Notes under the pieces: generated by a model
What the model saw: only the letters and a program-made list of their open reading frames with translations
What the model was told of the DNA's origin: nothing
Databases searched by the model: none
Shown here: positions 1-13,100 of the stretch, in pieces
Layout: every line of letters begins with the position of its first letter
How positions within the stretch are numbered: the first letter of the stretch is position 1
Program-made: the position numbers and the translations under genes
NCBI RefSeq assembly: GCF_031769215.1
Contig: NW_026782106.1
Coordinates: forward strand, 496,001 to 560,000
Reading direction: 5' to 3'
Origin: Ylistrum balloti
Lineage: Eukaryota
DNA length: 64,000 bases

Positions 1-88
1 GAGGAGAGCCATTCCTTAAAAGTGACACTCGTGTTCATTTAAAGAAATAAAAGAAAGAAATAACAAGTATTTTAGAAATGATTTTCAG

Positions 89-2937
89 TCAGTAGATATT
101 GTGTTTGTACATACGTTTTACACCTTTCGGTGGTACATATATGTTTGGAGTGTATGTTGTTCTTTTAGTCTGAGGTCTGGCATTTGATGTCATAGCGGGT
201 CTTGGTGTCCTATTTGGTCTTAAGGTGCTCCTTTGCATAACAGGTGGTTTAGCGGTAGACGGCCTCGCTGTGGTACCTGGTGCTAATGTCTGTTTATTCA
301 CTGGCTTCGTATTGACACTTGAATTTGGCCGTGGAGTTGTCTGAGGGGCCGGAGTTGTATTTGGTCTCGGAGTTGTCTGAGGGGCCGGGCTTGGTCTCAG
401 AGTTGTCTGATGACGAGGTGTTGTTTTTGACGTTGGTCTCGGAGTTGAGTGAGGAGGGACAGCCGTTGACACGACAATAGCTGATAAAGCTGTTCATCAA
501 AAGGAAAAGAAAAAAACCCATTAATTTTGTATTGAAAAAGAATGAACAATGTAGAAAAAAAATCAAGTTACTTGTGAGCTACGAGCTGACAAATAGAAAT
601 ATCCAAAAAAAATAATCCAACCCAGTTAAGCGCTAAGAATGATACTACTTTGGTGTTTGAAGACCGTGAGCCAAAACTTCAAATGGCGCATATTAGCTCA
701 CCTTCTTGGCGAAGGGGAAATATTCTACTGAACCTCAAAACGAAGGTCTTATGCTGTATGAAGCCGTTTAAAGGAAAGACATACTTAGAAACCTTATTCA
801 TAGAATTCACATTCAGACGAGGATCGTTCTCGATTCTGTGCGAGTCAAAGGATTTTCATTTTACCGGGCTTTTGCCGATATGAAATGAAATTCATGACGA
901 TTTTTATAAATTTTATGTAATATGTAAACGAAAGTAGTGTCATATTTATCACACAATCTAGATATTTTGCAAATATTCTCGAAAAAACATCATATCTTTA
1001 AATCATTAGATTGGCGATGTTCTCGCCTATGTCTTCCTTTGTTGACGTCGAAATTCCTATTGGGAGCAGCAGTATTCATAGATATTTATGTTATTGGTAT
1101 TATAACACTGATAACAGTATAGTTATGCTATAAATAGAATTATGACATGGATCTTACCATTCAAACCATCATTGTAAGCGAAACTCGCAACAATGACTTT
1201 GCTTTGTTTAAATCTGGAAAGGGAACACAATGTCTTCCTTTTATCTTAACAGCTAACTTGCGAGATATTGTCAACTAAAAATGACGAAATATAGCCAATA
1301 TATTGTAGCTACATCATTTGGTCATCGATAATAACTAAGTAAGAAAGCTTGAAAAAAGTTAGACTTTCCATTCTACAACCGTAGACATAACACTCCCGTG
1401 ACACAATAATGATGGACAGTTGTTTGCTAGATGACTTGCACTATTACAACAAGAAAGGAGCGACTTGTAAACAAAGTCTTTATCCACATTGAAAAGTATA
1501 AGGAGATAAAAACCTTTTGGAAGATAATTGTCTTCTGTATAACCGACGACACCCGCCATGTAAGCAATATCATATTCCCAAATGAAAACAAAATTAACAA
1601 CAAGAAAACCACCAGATAAATTAGAGAGCATCGAAGATAACTTGATATTTTTCAAAGAAATGGGAGACTGTTAGTGATATTGTTCTCATTATCTGCACAT
1701 ACCGTATTCACATATGTAAGAGTAGGAGTAATGGAGTCCTCCACATGGATAATCATGCCACTTCCCTCCGTCGTCCAATCTCATTTCGGCGCAATCTTCA
1801 AAGGTTGAAGTAGAGAAGAAGAATCCATGATGTGTTGTAGGCCCTTGTCCTTGATGCCAGTTTCCATACTTCATCAGAGTACCTATAAAAATTTACAATG
1901 ATTTAGATAAAAGTATAACAAGATCATACAAAGCGTCATTTCTCTTCTCGTAAACGAGTTTAACAAGCAAACAATTTACATAATTGTATTTAATGAAAAA
2001 TTGTCTCGAATAGGTTCGTGCTTGGTTTGAGTTTTGTCATATAAAAATTCTTTCCGCTTTTAGACACTAGCTACTCAATTCCATGGTTCGAAACACTATT
2101 CATGATGTCTAAAATTTGTTACCAGTCCAAATATTTACCATCAACCCACACCCAAGTTCCTTCCCTGTCTCTGTCGGACCCTCCAATCCAAAGTCCTTTG
2201 TAGCGCCAATGGAGATTCCTCAGAGTATTATAAACAAATGCTTGTTTTCCAGCATCCTTTATTGTCACTAAGTCACCTCCCCTGCTTTTGCAATCGGTCC
2301 TGGCTTTGGTCCATGTTCTCTCGGTGACGACAAACTGGAGACATTTGCCACCATAAACCTTCAGGTAATTGTTTCGAGGTACTGACCCTGGGCAATGTGT
2401 TACGTCGGTGTTGGTTTGAGCTGTTAAAAGTATTTCATTGTTAAAGTAGACATAAAGTATTTTGAAGTCTTATCTTTACATGAAATATTTTGGTAGTCTT
2501 GGTTTGCGCAAATCAGGCACCAGAAAGTCCAGCGAGCTATGCAACTATGAATTCGATAAAACCGTATTTTTTTTCCTTTTCCGTAGCTTTCTTGTGCAAT
2601 TCCTTTCTGTATCTATCTATTTGTAGCCTGGTTATTCACAGTGTGCAATTTCAAAGTTGGATCTCAAAAATTCGTGTGCATCAAAAGTGAAATCAAAAAT
2701 GTTTTACATTGCAAGGTTTTGCACATGAAATTGGAATAGTCAACCCTACTAGTATTTTAATTATTTTTTGACAAAGGCTTGCGAAGAAGTTTTTTTCCTA
2801 CAAATAGACGTGGAAAAACATAAGCAGCAACAAAAACAAAAAACACAAAACAAAAATAATCACAATATATTATTAACACAAATAAGATACTTACAGATTA
2901 CGACGCCAATTAAACCGAGTATGATTAGCAGAAGCAT
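89..2937 (-). CDS. C-type lectin (CTLD) protein with Pro/Thr-rich stalk, paralog 1; 3' end uncertain
   Basis: Exons 2937-2895 (MLLLIILGLIGVVI signal peptide, donor GTAAGT), 2420-2139 (CPGSVPRNNYLKVYGGKCLQF...WTKARTDCKSRGGDLV...LWIGGSD...WVWVDG), 1882-1703 (YGNWHQGQGP...EDCAEMRLDDGGKWHDYPC...YICEY) and 480-89 (TTPRP repeats). All introns are phase 1 GT-AG and six CTLD cysteines are present. The ORF either stops at TGA 89-91 (298 aa) or splices at a phase-1 GTATGT donor after 115. Confidence 0.88.
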
Positions 2938-3690
2938 GGTTGTTATTACGATGTATACCTTCTGTTATGTTTCGTAGCAGGATGGATAAGTGATATGGAT
3001 CTGCGCATGTGTACTGTACGATCTTTGCCCTGTTTCATCGTACGATTGAGCTACTAACATTGCAATCATTGCAAGAAAACAATATATCAGTAAGCCGTTT
3101 ATCATTAATATAGATAGGATTGGTGTAGTGGTAATATTTATTTAACCATTTAAATCCTTATACTGATGAACTTGAATTACACTTGACAAAGTCCTGCTAT
3201 CGGTTTTTTGATATTGTATCTCCCCAGTGACTGGTAACACATACATTATCAGATACATAAGTGATAAAGTAAGGATAGGTACATAAAGACAAGATAAGAT
3301 AAAAATATACACATAAATTAACACGATATCAGTCTTACTAAGAATTGATAGACAAGTCTTCGGCAACTTTTAATCATTGTAGATACAGTTACGGTAGATT
3401 ATACTACCAATGTTTTTACTGATTTTTATTTTTTACCATGACCATGGAACATATATAATATCTATTACACATACACAAAGAGAGATGTAGGTTATGGATG
3501 CTGTTTATCTGTAATACTTATTTTCAAACATGTAAAGTAACAGTACTGGTGATGTTTTCGTTTTATTTTACTTATTTTTGTCTTGTTTGTTTTAATATAA
3601 TTATTATTATCATTAATATTAACAAATTTAGTGGGGAACACTCTTAACACTATCAAGTAGTTTACATATACCACGAATATAGCATAAATT

Positions 3691-4340
3691 GTGTCTATAT
3701 ACCTCTTTATCCCTCGTAGATTTGCAGGGTCACGATGGTGTCTATATATCTCTCTACCTCTCGTAGATCTACAGGGTCACGTTGGTGTCTATATACCTCT
3801 TTACCCCTCTTAGATCTACATGGTCACGTTGGTGTCTATATACTTCTTTACACCTCGTAGATATACAGGGTCACGATGGTGTCTATATACTTCTTTACCC
3901 CTCTTAGATCTACAGGGCCACGTTGGTGTCTATATACCTCTTTACCTCTCGTAGATCTACAGGGTCACGTTGGTGTCTATATATCTCTCTACCTCTCGTA
4001 GATCTACAGGGTCACGTTTGTGTCTATATACCTCTTTACCCCTCTTAGATCTACAGGGTCACGTTGGTGTCTATATACTTCTTTACACCTCTTATATCTA
4101 CAGGGTCACGTTGGTGTCTATATACCTCTTTACCCCTCTTAGATCTACAGGGTCACGATGGTGTCTATATACTTCTTTACACCTCTTATATCTACAGGGT
4201 CACGTTGGTGTCTATATACCTCTTTACCCCTCTTAGATCTACAGGGTCACGATGGTGTCTATATACCTCTTTACCTCTCGTAGATCTACAGGGTCAAGTT
4301 GGTGTCTTTATACCCACGTTGGTGTCTCTATACATCTTTA
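3691..4340. repeat. 47-bp minisatellite, about 13-14 copies
   Basis: Unit GTGTCTATATACCTCTTTACCCCTCTTAGATCTACAGGGTCACGTTG read directly; the ORF-track translations recur every 47 aa (3 x 47 nt). Confidence 0.95.
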
Positions 4341-4448
4341 CTTATGATCGAGAAATAAAGTTATTGACGAGTAACTACCAATCTATATTTGTTCGATCTC
4401 TTCGGAATTTCCTCCTTAGCCTCCGAGGTTTATGATTTAGACCCAAAT

Positions 4449-4537
4449 TATCACTGACGAGTCCTAGAAGGACGAAACAGCTGTATGATGTTGCATTACT
4501 GACGAGTCCTAGATAGACGATACAGCTGTATGATGCA
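4449..4537 (+). ncRNA. Tandem pair of minimal type-I hammerhead ribozyme motifs (Penelope/retrozyme-like)
   Basis: Copy 1: TATCA-CTGACGA-GTCC-TAGAA-GGAC-GAAA-CAGCTGTA-TGATG, with conserved core CUGANGA/GAAA, stem II GTCC/GGAC, palindromic stem III ACAGCTGT, GUA cleavage triplet and stem I TATCA/TGATG. Copy 2 starts 45 nt later: TGCATTA-CTGACGA-GTC...GAC-GATA-CAGCTGTA-TGATGCA, with one core substitution. Confidence 0.85.
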
Positions 4538-6939
4538 GTCTATTTCATTATTTGGCTTTATGGTATGTACTTCTAAATTTGTCTTTAAAAATGCACCTCT
4601 CCTTTTCGTCTTTTGCCCAATCGTATGAAAATGTGCTTTATTAATTTATTGTCCTGTCATACACTTAGTAATGTATTGTGGCATTGATTCAATTTTCATT
4701 AAGCAATAAACGAGTATCTATTTTAATAGAATGCGCTAACACTATTTCAATTAACCTTGTGTTAGCTGAGGATATTAAAAACTATTTTCAAAACTATTAT
4801 AAAAGAGGTCAATCATTGACCAAATTATTCATTCACAGTATGTAATCGTTAATGGATTATCTTTTTCTGGCCTTTTTCTCTCTCAGTTTCATGATATCTG
4901 AAAGTTTTCTGATTCAAACTCTCACAATACAGTTTGATTGTTATGTATCTGTAAAAGATAGCAGATAATCTTTCATTGAAACAAGATATTTTGATATTTA
5001 TGTGTCCCTGAGTCAGTGTACTTGCAATCTCTTATCTAATGTTGTATATGTAAATAAACGATTGGGGTTAAATCGATAATAATTGCCAGGGGTCGTGAAC
5101 TGATCAAACCTAGATAGAAGATTTAAGATATCATAACATTTGTATCTGAGCATTCTTGAGAATTAAATAGACAAAACATATTTGGTTTCATTTATTGCAG
5201 ATACTGCAGCAAGTTCATCTCACTTCATACAACACATGGTACTAGATAGTAGGATTATGGTGATAACTGTGAATCGTCATTCTCTATGACAACAGTAAAT
5301 ATAATTGATTTATATTATTCCCCTTACTCAAACGTAGTATATGCCCAACACTTGTGAAGTAAAACTTTAAATGTGTTCCATGTTCGTTACTAGTGGTTTC
5401 ACTGATAGAAAATTGTTTACTTTTCATAAAAACAACCAACAATACCAAAATGTGAACAAAATCATACTCCAAATTCAATAACACTAAGGCAAAATATGAA
5501 CATACGAAGAAATAATAACATGGTAACTCCTGAAAAAGATAATAAAACCAAGTGTTCCGGTGGAGTAGGCGTCTTCTGCTTCCTAGACGGCACATGCCGT
5601 AAAGTAAATCTTGGTCAAACTTCATATTCATTTCGATGTATGATTTAATTTTCAACAAGATATCAACCGATCTCATAGATTTCTACATTATGATAATTAA
5701 CATCGCAGACTATAAACATTTTGTATAAATATATCAGGATGTAAATTAATAAGTTATCGCTATTTTGACCTAAATTGATAATGTTCAACTCGATATCTAG
5801 GTCAGCTATCACTATATCAATATATTTGTGTAGACGACTGTGCATATTTTTCTGATGAGGCGTGTTTACAAGTATCTTTTCCTTTCTGTAATGAAAACAC
5901 AGTATGCTACTGTACTGGGGTTCCTCTTGGTTCTTCTGTCGTTGATACTTTCGTAACCCATGTTGAAAATTAATTCCATTTTGCTCATGTAAAAATCACA
6001 CAATTCGATTATGTATACTATTCAGCAGACTTACATCTGTGTTTAGAATGCCCAGGATTTGGATCAATTTTCAGTCTACGGCCTGCCAAAGTTAGGTGAA
6101 TGAGTAGGAGTTTATTGTGTAATGTTTCGGGTTGACGGTATTTATAAATCATTATAACAGCAGAGTACTGCATTTGATAAATGAATATAACAGAATGACC
6201 ATGACGCATGTTTCTCAAACTGTGGTTTCATCTTCGACAGGTAAATACACTACATTTAAAAGAGTTGAGTTTGTTAATAATTCATTATTTGTATATAATG
6301 TAGGCTATGTCTTTTTGTCTTTTAAAGGGATTGTCTCCCTTGACTTGTAAGTTAAACGTTCATCTGTAGTTTAACAGATGATAAACGAGATTATTCAAAT
6401 ACCGATTACGTCATAGCGATACATTCCGGTGGGAATATATTTGTTTTTTATTTAATTGCATTTACATAGGTTGTGTAACAACAGCTTGATTGGTGGTCCA
6501 GGGTTACGTCACGATATACATAAAGATACTGTTGCTAAATATGTTTAAATAGCATGCGACATATCCCCGTGGTACCGCTTTTGACATACTAGTCGAAAAT
6601 CAATCATCGAAACAAGTTAGATTTAGGTTTAAATTGTCACACGAACGTTAATGGATTTGATACTGTAATATGCCAAGAAAAAATCAGATACAACTCAAGA
6701 CACTTCGGACAATCGGACCTTCGGACTATAAGGTCCTCTGAATATCAGGAGCCATAAGGTAGGTACTGATATCATTTAACCTCATTTTAATGACCCCTCT
6801 ATCTTTGACGATAAACATGTAACGTCCATATCAACAGATATATTTGGAAGAAGAACAGGAGTTTATTAAGCATGAGATATGATAACTGGTATCTTGAAAT
6901 CCCCCCGTTCGGGAGGAACATGTACACATAAACTGTAAA

Positions 6940-7530
6940 AGACGCAGAGCCATTGCTCAAATCGCCTTATTTTGCCAATTCCTCCACTACTGGCTATTGA
7001 GATATTCATATCGCGGATTTTGTTGTTTTATTTTTCATGAAAGAAATCTATTTGCCAGAAATGAGAAGTGTTGCTGCTGATTTGGGACTGCATAAAGCTC
7101 ATCATATTACCAACGCCATTTTCGTGTAGTAGTTCCAATTCACCACGTGTTGTCCCGACTGTTCCTCAGCAGGGATGTCGCCATGACGATGGCGGCGTTA
7201 TTATGACGAGGGTGTGGCCTAATTCATCAAGTGCAAATACTACTCACACAAAGTGCTCTACAGGTGCGATACCCAAACGCAATCGAAATCATCACAAAAT
7301 TGGTTGTAGCTCAGTCAAAGATAGATGTTATCTCACACCACTTCCCCTTTTAGTGTAATGCTTTATGGTATTCATTGGACTTCTTCATTCAGACGAACAG
7401 TGAACCCTACGCATCTGCCCCACCTAAACGATACAATGGGTAGCTAGAATGGTCTTGACAAAAATCACCAGTAGTATATTTTATTCACGAAACAAGATTT
7501 TGCCAGCCCAAACTATTCTTCGTGTTTGCA
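6940..7530 (-). mobile_element. Highly decayed APE-endonuclease remnant of a CR1/L2-group LINE
   Basis: Broken minus-strand frames give motif-like pieces in the expected order (LANTKNSL, KRGSGV, FDCVWV, TTRG, YDELYAVP, KIRD). Many stops and frameshifts; recognition is by eye only. Confidence 0.35.
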
Positions 7531-7599
7531 AGGAAATGGGTCCGCTGTTCTATGATAGTATTTGGAAATTAAAAATGCTGGATAAAAGAAACAAGAGCA

Positions 7600-8960
7600 A
7601 GTCCTATTATAACTCACTTATATGTTTCATATTTTGTTAAAAAAGGCAAATCTCTCTAACGTTATCCAGTTTTCATCCAAGTCCACGAAGGTGAAAAGGC
7701 TTTTCAGATCAGGGAAATGGAAGAACTTCGTACGAATTTGTTAAAAGGACTGTTAGCATGGATTACAAACAGGAGAAAGGATTGAGAAAGATACGCGTGT
7801 CCAGTTCGGAGTCGAGAAGGAATAACCTCCTCTCGGTTAGTTCGTTTAGGGAGACATGTTCCTATATTTGACTGAACTTTAAACAGTATGTTATTGGCCT
7901 CTAGTGACCACTGTTGCAGCCAGTCATCTTTGGTTGCAGCATAGTGTTTTGAGCGGCTTTATTAACGTTTTCATTCCCGTGTGCCCACATGTTCTGAGAT
8001 TCAGATAAATGTTGTATTTTGCTTTGACATGGAAATAATGCATTATAAACAACAAGTTTGTAATTTAATTTTTTTAATGCCACGTGACTTCAAACTTTAC
8101 AAGATAAAGAGTCTGAGCACACGACTGCATTTTAAACCCGGTTATGGTGAATATAATCAAGCGCTAAATAGATGGCGCATGCTTCAGCTGAGAGTAGTGA
8201 AGCATTGTCAGGAAGACGAATGGAAGAGACAAAGTTTTTGGAGTAGCGTGCTGGTGCAACTCTATTTCAACCCTTAAATCGTCGGTATGAAGTACAGGCT
8301 GTTTGGGACATTTTGAGAGGAGTTCGGGGAAGTTTGCCTTTTAAGCATCTGGGAGTGTGGTCGACTTTCCAACTCTTTGATTGATTTAATGGTCCCCGGG
8401 GGACATCCGGTATTACATTTTTTACATGCAAATCAATTGTTGGTATACGTTTTTCGTTTTAATAGAATATATTGTCATAATTTGGGTTCAATACAAAGAG
8501 AAGTGCAGGGCATTTTTATTTGACTTCAGCTGAGCAGCGATTGGTGTGAGATTTCTATTCTGCGGTCATTGAGGAATTGTTCATTGGTCTGGACATAGAT
8601 TTAAGTAAGGTAAGCCGATCCATATACTTTACAGTCAGTCAAACTTTGATCGGACAAGTGTTCGGTATAGACACAAGGCATCTCATGGTCTGCACCCAAA
8701 TCAGGAAGGGAAGGAACTTAAAATATGTTGAACAGCTTCAAAGACTTATCTTTAGGCTATCTAATTTTTGAGAGGATGGTAAGTTCTAGGTCGAAAACTG
8801 AACCAAGAAATTTTGCAAGTTGAACTATTAATTTTGGGTTTCCATCAAGAGACATGTGCGGATCATCATGCTGCTTTCTTTCCTGGAATACAATCCTTAC
8901 ATGTCATATAACCCCGGACATAGATACTAGAAACAATAAAAGTGGTCCTTCTTTGTTGGG
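7600..8960 (-). mobile_element. 5'-truncated, degenerate I-clade-type LINE (RT thumb + RNase H + C-terminus)
   Basis: Minus-strand remnants DDPHMSLDGNPKLIVQLAKFLGSVFD, WGAD, VYGSA (RT thumb); SIRLPDNASLLSAEACAIYLALDYI, VCSDSLS, HGNENVNKAA (RNase H); REEVIPSRLRTGHAYLSQSFLL (C-terminal motif typical of I-type elements). Multiple stops and frameshifts. Confidence 0.85.
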
Positions 8961-10164
8961 GCCACATTTAAAAGATTAATAATTGTGCCAGTTATCATAA
9001 TAAAGGTGCTACTGATAATTTCTATGCTATTGAACCAAATAACATGAATAATAATAACCCCTGAAAATTGCAAAACTTTGGCGATTTAGTTGCCACCGCA
9101 TTCTATTGTGAATTTAGAGTTTTTTTTTTTTTTTTGTAATGACGCCATCCAAACTTCATTTTTAGAATACAACATAAATAATATTATTTGTCTGACAAAG
9201 TTGAAAAAATGGACATAAGACTTGACATAACAATAATCCAAGTCGTCAATGTATCAAAAAATAGTTTTATTAAAAACTTGTAATAAAATACACAAAATAT
9301 ATCACAGTGTTATCTAAAACTCACTACACAGTATCACATATACAAAATTCAGATTACATATAAAGTAATTATAAGTAATATTATGTATAAAATACCCCGT
9401 GTCGTACCTGACCCCAGTTTATGAACTACCCGTCCTTGAAATTTGTCATGGGACGCATTACAGAATTTGAGGAAAGTGTCCTAACTATGAAAGCCTTTCT
9501 GTGGATATACCTATTTTTATATTACAATAAAAGATTGCGATGATGTTCATAACAATAAGTTTCGTTGTTAATACAAAACAATTCGCTAAAAGAAGACTAC
9601 ATTGCGAGAAAATATCCTTTATCAAAAATATGCCTTATATTTTTCTTCTAGTAAATAAATCACGTATCAGTACAGCTATTAAAATGTTAAGATTAGTGTA
9701 ACATAAGGGTTGTTAATCTATACACTCGACATTGTCAGTCATTGATAATTTGAACTTTCTGATGGTATAATAATAGATTTACACAAATGGATTTTATTGG
9801 TGTGAATAGACTCTAGTTATAAGTGATGCTGGAGAAAAAATGGGTTAATGGTTTACAGTTGATAAGTGTAATGTTAAGGCATGTGAAAATAACAGGAGAT
9901 TCCATGGTGTTATTGATTCTAATATCAAATATAGTGTTTTGTTTAATAATTGAATATCTGAAGCAGCCTAATCTACCATTCCAGGGAAATACTTAATGAA
10001 TGTATTAATGTTCGAGTCTTTAAGGAGAGGGCTTGTATAGGCTTCATAACTGAATGCCCTATAGAAGAATTGTGATCTGTTGATAACTGCTTTTTAAGAG
10101 AATTCTTTTTGCACTCTTTTGAAAATCCACAAACTCTTATGTTCTCGTACCGTTTCTATGTCTT

Positions 10165-13100
10165 TTATACAAAGCTGTTTTCAGATATCGTTCCTTCTCC
10201 GTGCATTATATCGTATATCGGATTCTCCCGGCTGTTGGTAGTTTTTGCATCTGTTTCAGCAACTAACTGGCGTTGACGTCGCCTGAATAATAAATTGGTT
10301 CATAGACGATTCCGAAGACAACATATGAAACATGTAATAATTATATAGATTAACTTATCAAACAACATTTTCCCCGGATGCGAGTTTATATTTACAATTG
10401 AAGGTATTTCAATATCAAATGAAAAGTAGAAAGTGATATGTCTATGATCTAAACTTGTATTCTTAACGAAATATTAGATTACATATTTACCTTAGTACAA
10501 GTGCTAGGATGGCGGCTACAAGGACCAATACTCCACAGCTACCAGCCCCAATGGCAATGTATATCACTACAGGAGAACCAACAAAAGGGGCATTGAAAAA
10601 GGATATTGTGTAAGTTACCAGAATGCGACATTTCTAGAGATATTAGCGACAGACTTATAATATTTACATGATCTCGACAACCGTTATTGCAACAAGTACC
10701 CTACAAACACGAAGACAGTTTATAGTAAGTGATGCGAGTTTATTTATGTGAGAACAATAGGCTTACTTTCAGGATTGGTTTATCTTTCAGGTCGGCCTGT
10801 TTTCAAGTTTTTAAGGCAGATTAGTGAGACGAGCATTCACATTAAGATTTAAACATTATTGTTAATTAGTTAAAGAGTTCTAATTTCAATTCTTATTATG
10901 ATAGATTCACATTAAATTTTTGACGACAAAATCCGTGTTTCACGCTTAATATACCATTGTTTGCACCCGCTTATTTTGTCTTAAGATCAACACTTCTCCT
11001 TTAGGCAGCAAATACAATTGATATACTGTGTTTCGCATATTTGTGAAATCTTATTTTAGATATGACTCCCATGAAAGTTATGTGTATTGTGCATTTGCAA
11101 TCTTTCCTATTTAACTACATATAGAAAGAGAAGAGACAGCTATCATCTTACAAGGAGTTCTGATTAAAGTAGAAGGATACCTGATCGACCGCCACTGTCG
11201 CCATTTTGTCTGCTGACCAGTTCATCGGCGATGTTGTCAACTTTAGAGCTTCTTTTTGTACCTGTTGAAGTATGTATGTTATGCTTATGACAAATATAGT
11301 GAATACATTTATTTAGAGATTCAAGTAATAGACATATCTATACTGTAAGTTCCCTATCATGTTGATCTATGATCAGGTAGAAACTGAATCAAACAGCTGC
11401 TTCGTATATCCAATATTATTAATTTCTTTTTGAGGCCAAAAAATATCTTTTAAAAGTATTGTAATAATTTTTAGAGTATCAAAAAATATACATAAGAGTG
11501 TTGAACTCTTTCCTATTTCGAAAATGACACGTAAAATCAAGATACGGTAAATATGTATTGTGATTCGTGTGAAAATTACCAAGAGATGTGGTAGGGAACT
11601 GTCTTGTTGTTGTCTTCTTGACTATTGTTGTTGTTGGCATAGTTGTTGTCTTAAGCATAGGTGTTGTTGTCGTAGGAATATATGTTGTCGTCGGCATAGT
11701 TGTTGTTGTCGTCGGCATAGTTGTTGTTGTCGTCAAAATAATTGTTGTTGTCGGCATCGTTGTTGTTGTCGTCGGCATAGTTGTTGTCGTAGGAATAGGT
11801 GTTGTCGTCGTAGGAATAGTTGTTGTCGTCGGCATCGTTGTTGCCGTCGGCATATTTGTTGTCGTCGTCAAAGTTGTTGTTGTCGTCGGTATAGTAGTTG
11901 TTGTCGTCGGCATAGTTGTTGTTGTCGTCGGTATATTTGTTGTTGTCGTCGGCATAGTTGTTGTTGTCGTCGTCGGCATAGTTGTTGTCGTCGTTGGCAT
12001 ATCTGTTGTTGTTGTTGGCAAAGTTGTTGTTGTTATTGGTAGAGTTATAGGTTTTGTTGTAGTAGCAACTGTTGTTGTGGTAGTTGGCAGCGTTTTTGTT
12101 GTGATCGGTACTTTTTCTGTAATACAAACAATTAAATTCAACGCACGCACAGATTATTTCTCATGAAAAGATAATTATATAGGACGAAATTTTACCTAAG
12201 ATAAAGAAATATTTCTGCCTAAAACATACAGATGAATCAGATGATTTTGTATCATTTCAAACATGTTAAGACTTTTACGTGTAGTGATATCAATGTTTTG
12301 AAACCAAGGAAAACAATATATGTGAAATGACAGATATGATATGATAAGGATATTTACGATATTCAGCTATAGATGTGTGATGATACAGGATACTTACGGT
12401 ATTCACATATAGATGTGTGATTATACAGGTAATTACGGTATTCACATATAGATGTGTGATTATACAGGTACTTACGGTATTCACATATAGATGTGTGATG
12501 ATACAGGTACTTAAGGTATTCACATATAGATGTGTGATAATACAGGATACTTACGGTATTCACATATAGATGTGTGATGATAAGGTTACTTACGGTATTC
12601 ACATATAGATGTGTGATTATACAGGTACTTGCGGTATTCACATATAGATGTGTGATGATACAGGTACTTGCGGTATTCACATATAGATGTGTGATGATAC
12701 AGGATACTTACGGTATTCACATATAGATGTGTGATGATAAGGTTACTTACGGTATTCACATATAGATGTGTGATTATACAGGTACTTACGGTATTCACAT
12801 ATAGATGTGTGATGATACAGGTACTTACGGTATTCACATATAGATGTGTGATGATACAGGTACTTGCGGTATTCACATATAGATGTGTGATGATACAGGT
12901 ACTTACGGTATTCACATATAGATGTGTGATTATACAGGTACTTACGGTATTCACATATAGATGTGTGATGATACAGGTACTTGCGGTATTCACATATAGA
13001 TGTGTGATGATACAGGTACTTACGGTATTCACATATAGATGTGTGATGATACAGGTACTTACGGTATTCACATATAGATGTGTGATGATAAGGATATTTA

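Noticed and set aside
1359-1655. 98-aa intronic ORF in paralog 1
   Set aside because: It does not fit the exon chain; only weak resemblance to a Penelope-like 3' tail, too poor to annotate.
3010-3105. Signal-peptide-like ORF MINGLLIYCFLAMIAMLVA as first exon of paralog 1
   Set aside because: It has no good phase-1 donor; the exon at 2937-2895 has a perfect GTAAGT donor in the right phase.
3970-4435. ORFs within the 47-bp array
   Set aside because: The periodic translation is fully explained by the minisatellite.
5851-5900. CTGATGAG as another hammerhead core
   Set aside because: No stem II/GAAA or stem III follows. Other CTGANGA hits that I checked fail the same way.
5284-5960. 130-aa and 60-aa minus-strand ORFs and nearby coding-like text
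   Set aside because: No recognisable domain or consistent splice structure; possibly an old repeat or pseudogene fragment.
11560-12166. Poly-Val, Cys/Arg/His and Asn/Asp ORFs overlapping the Thr-rich exon
   Set aside because: They are alternative-frame and antisense read-outs of a stop-free trinucleotide-based repeat; only the Thr frame has matching splice sites.
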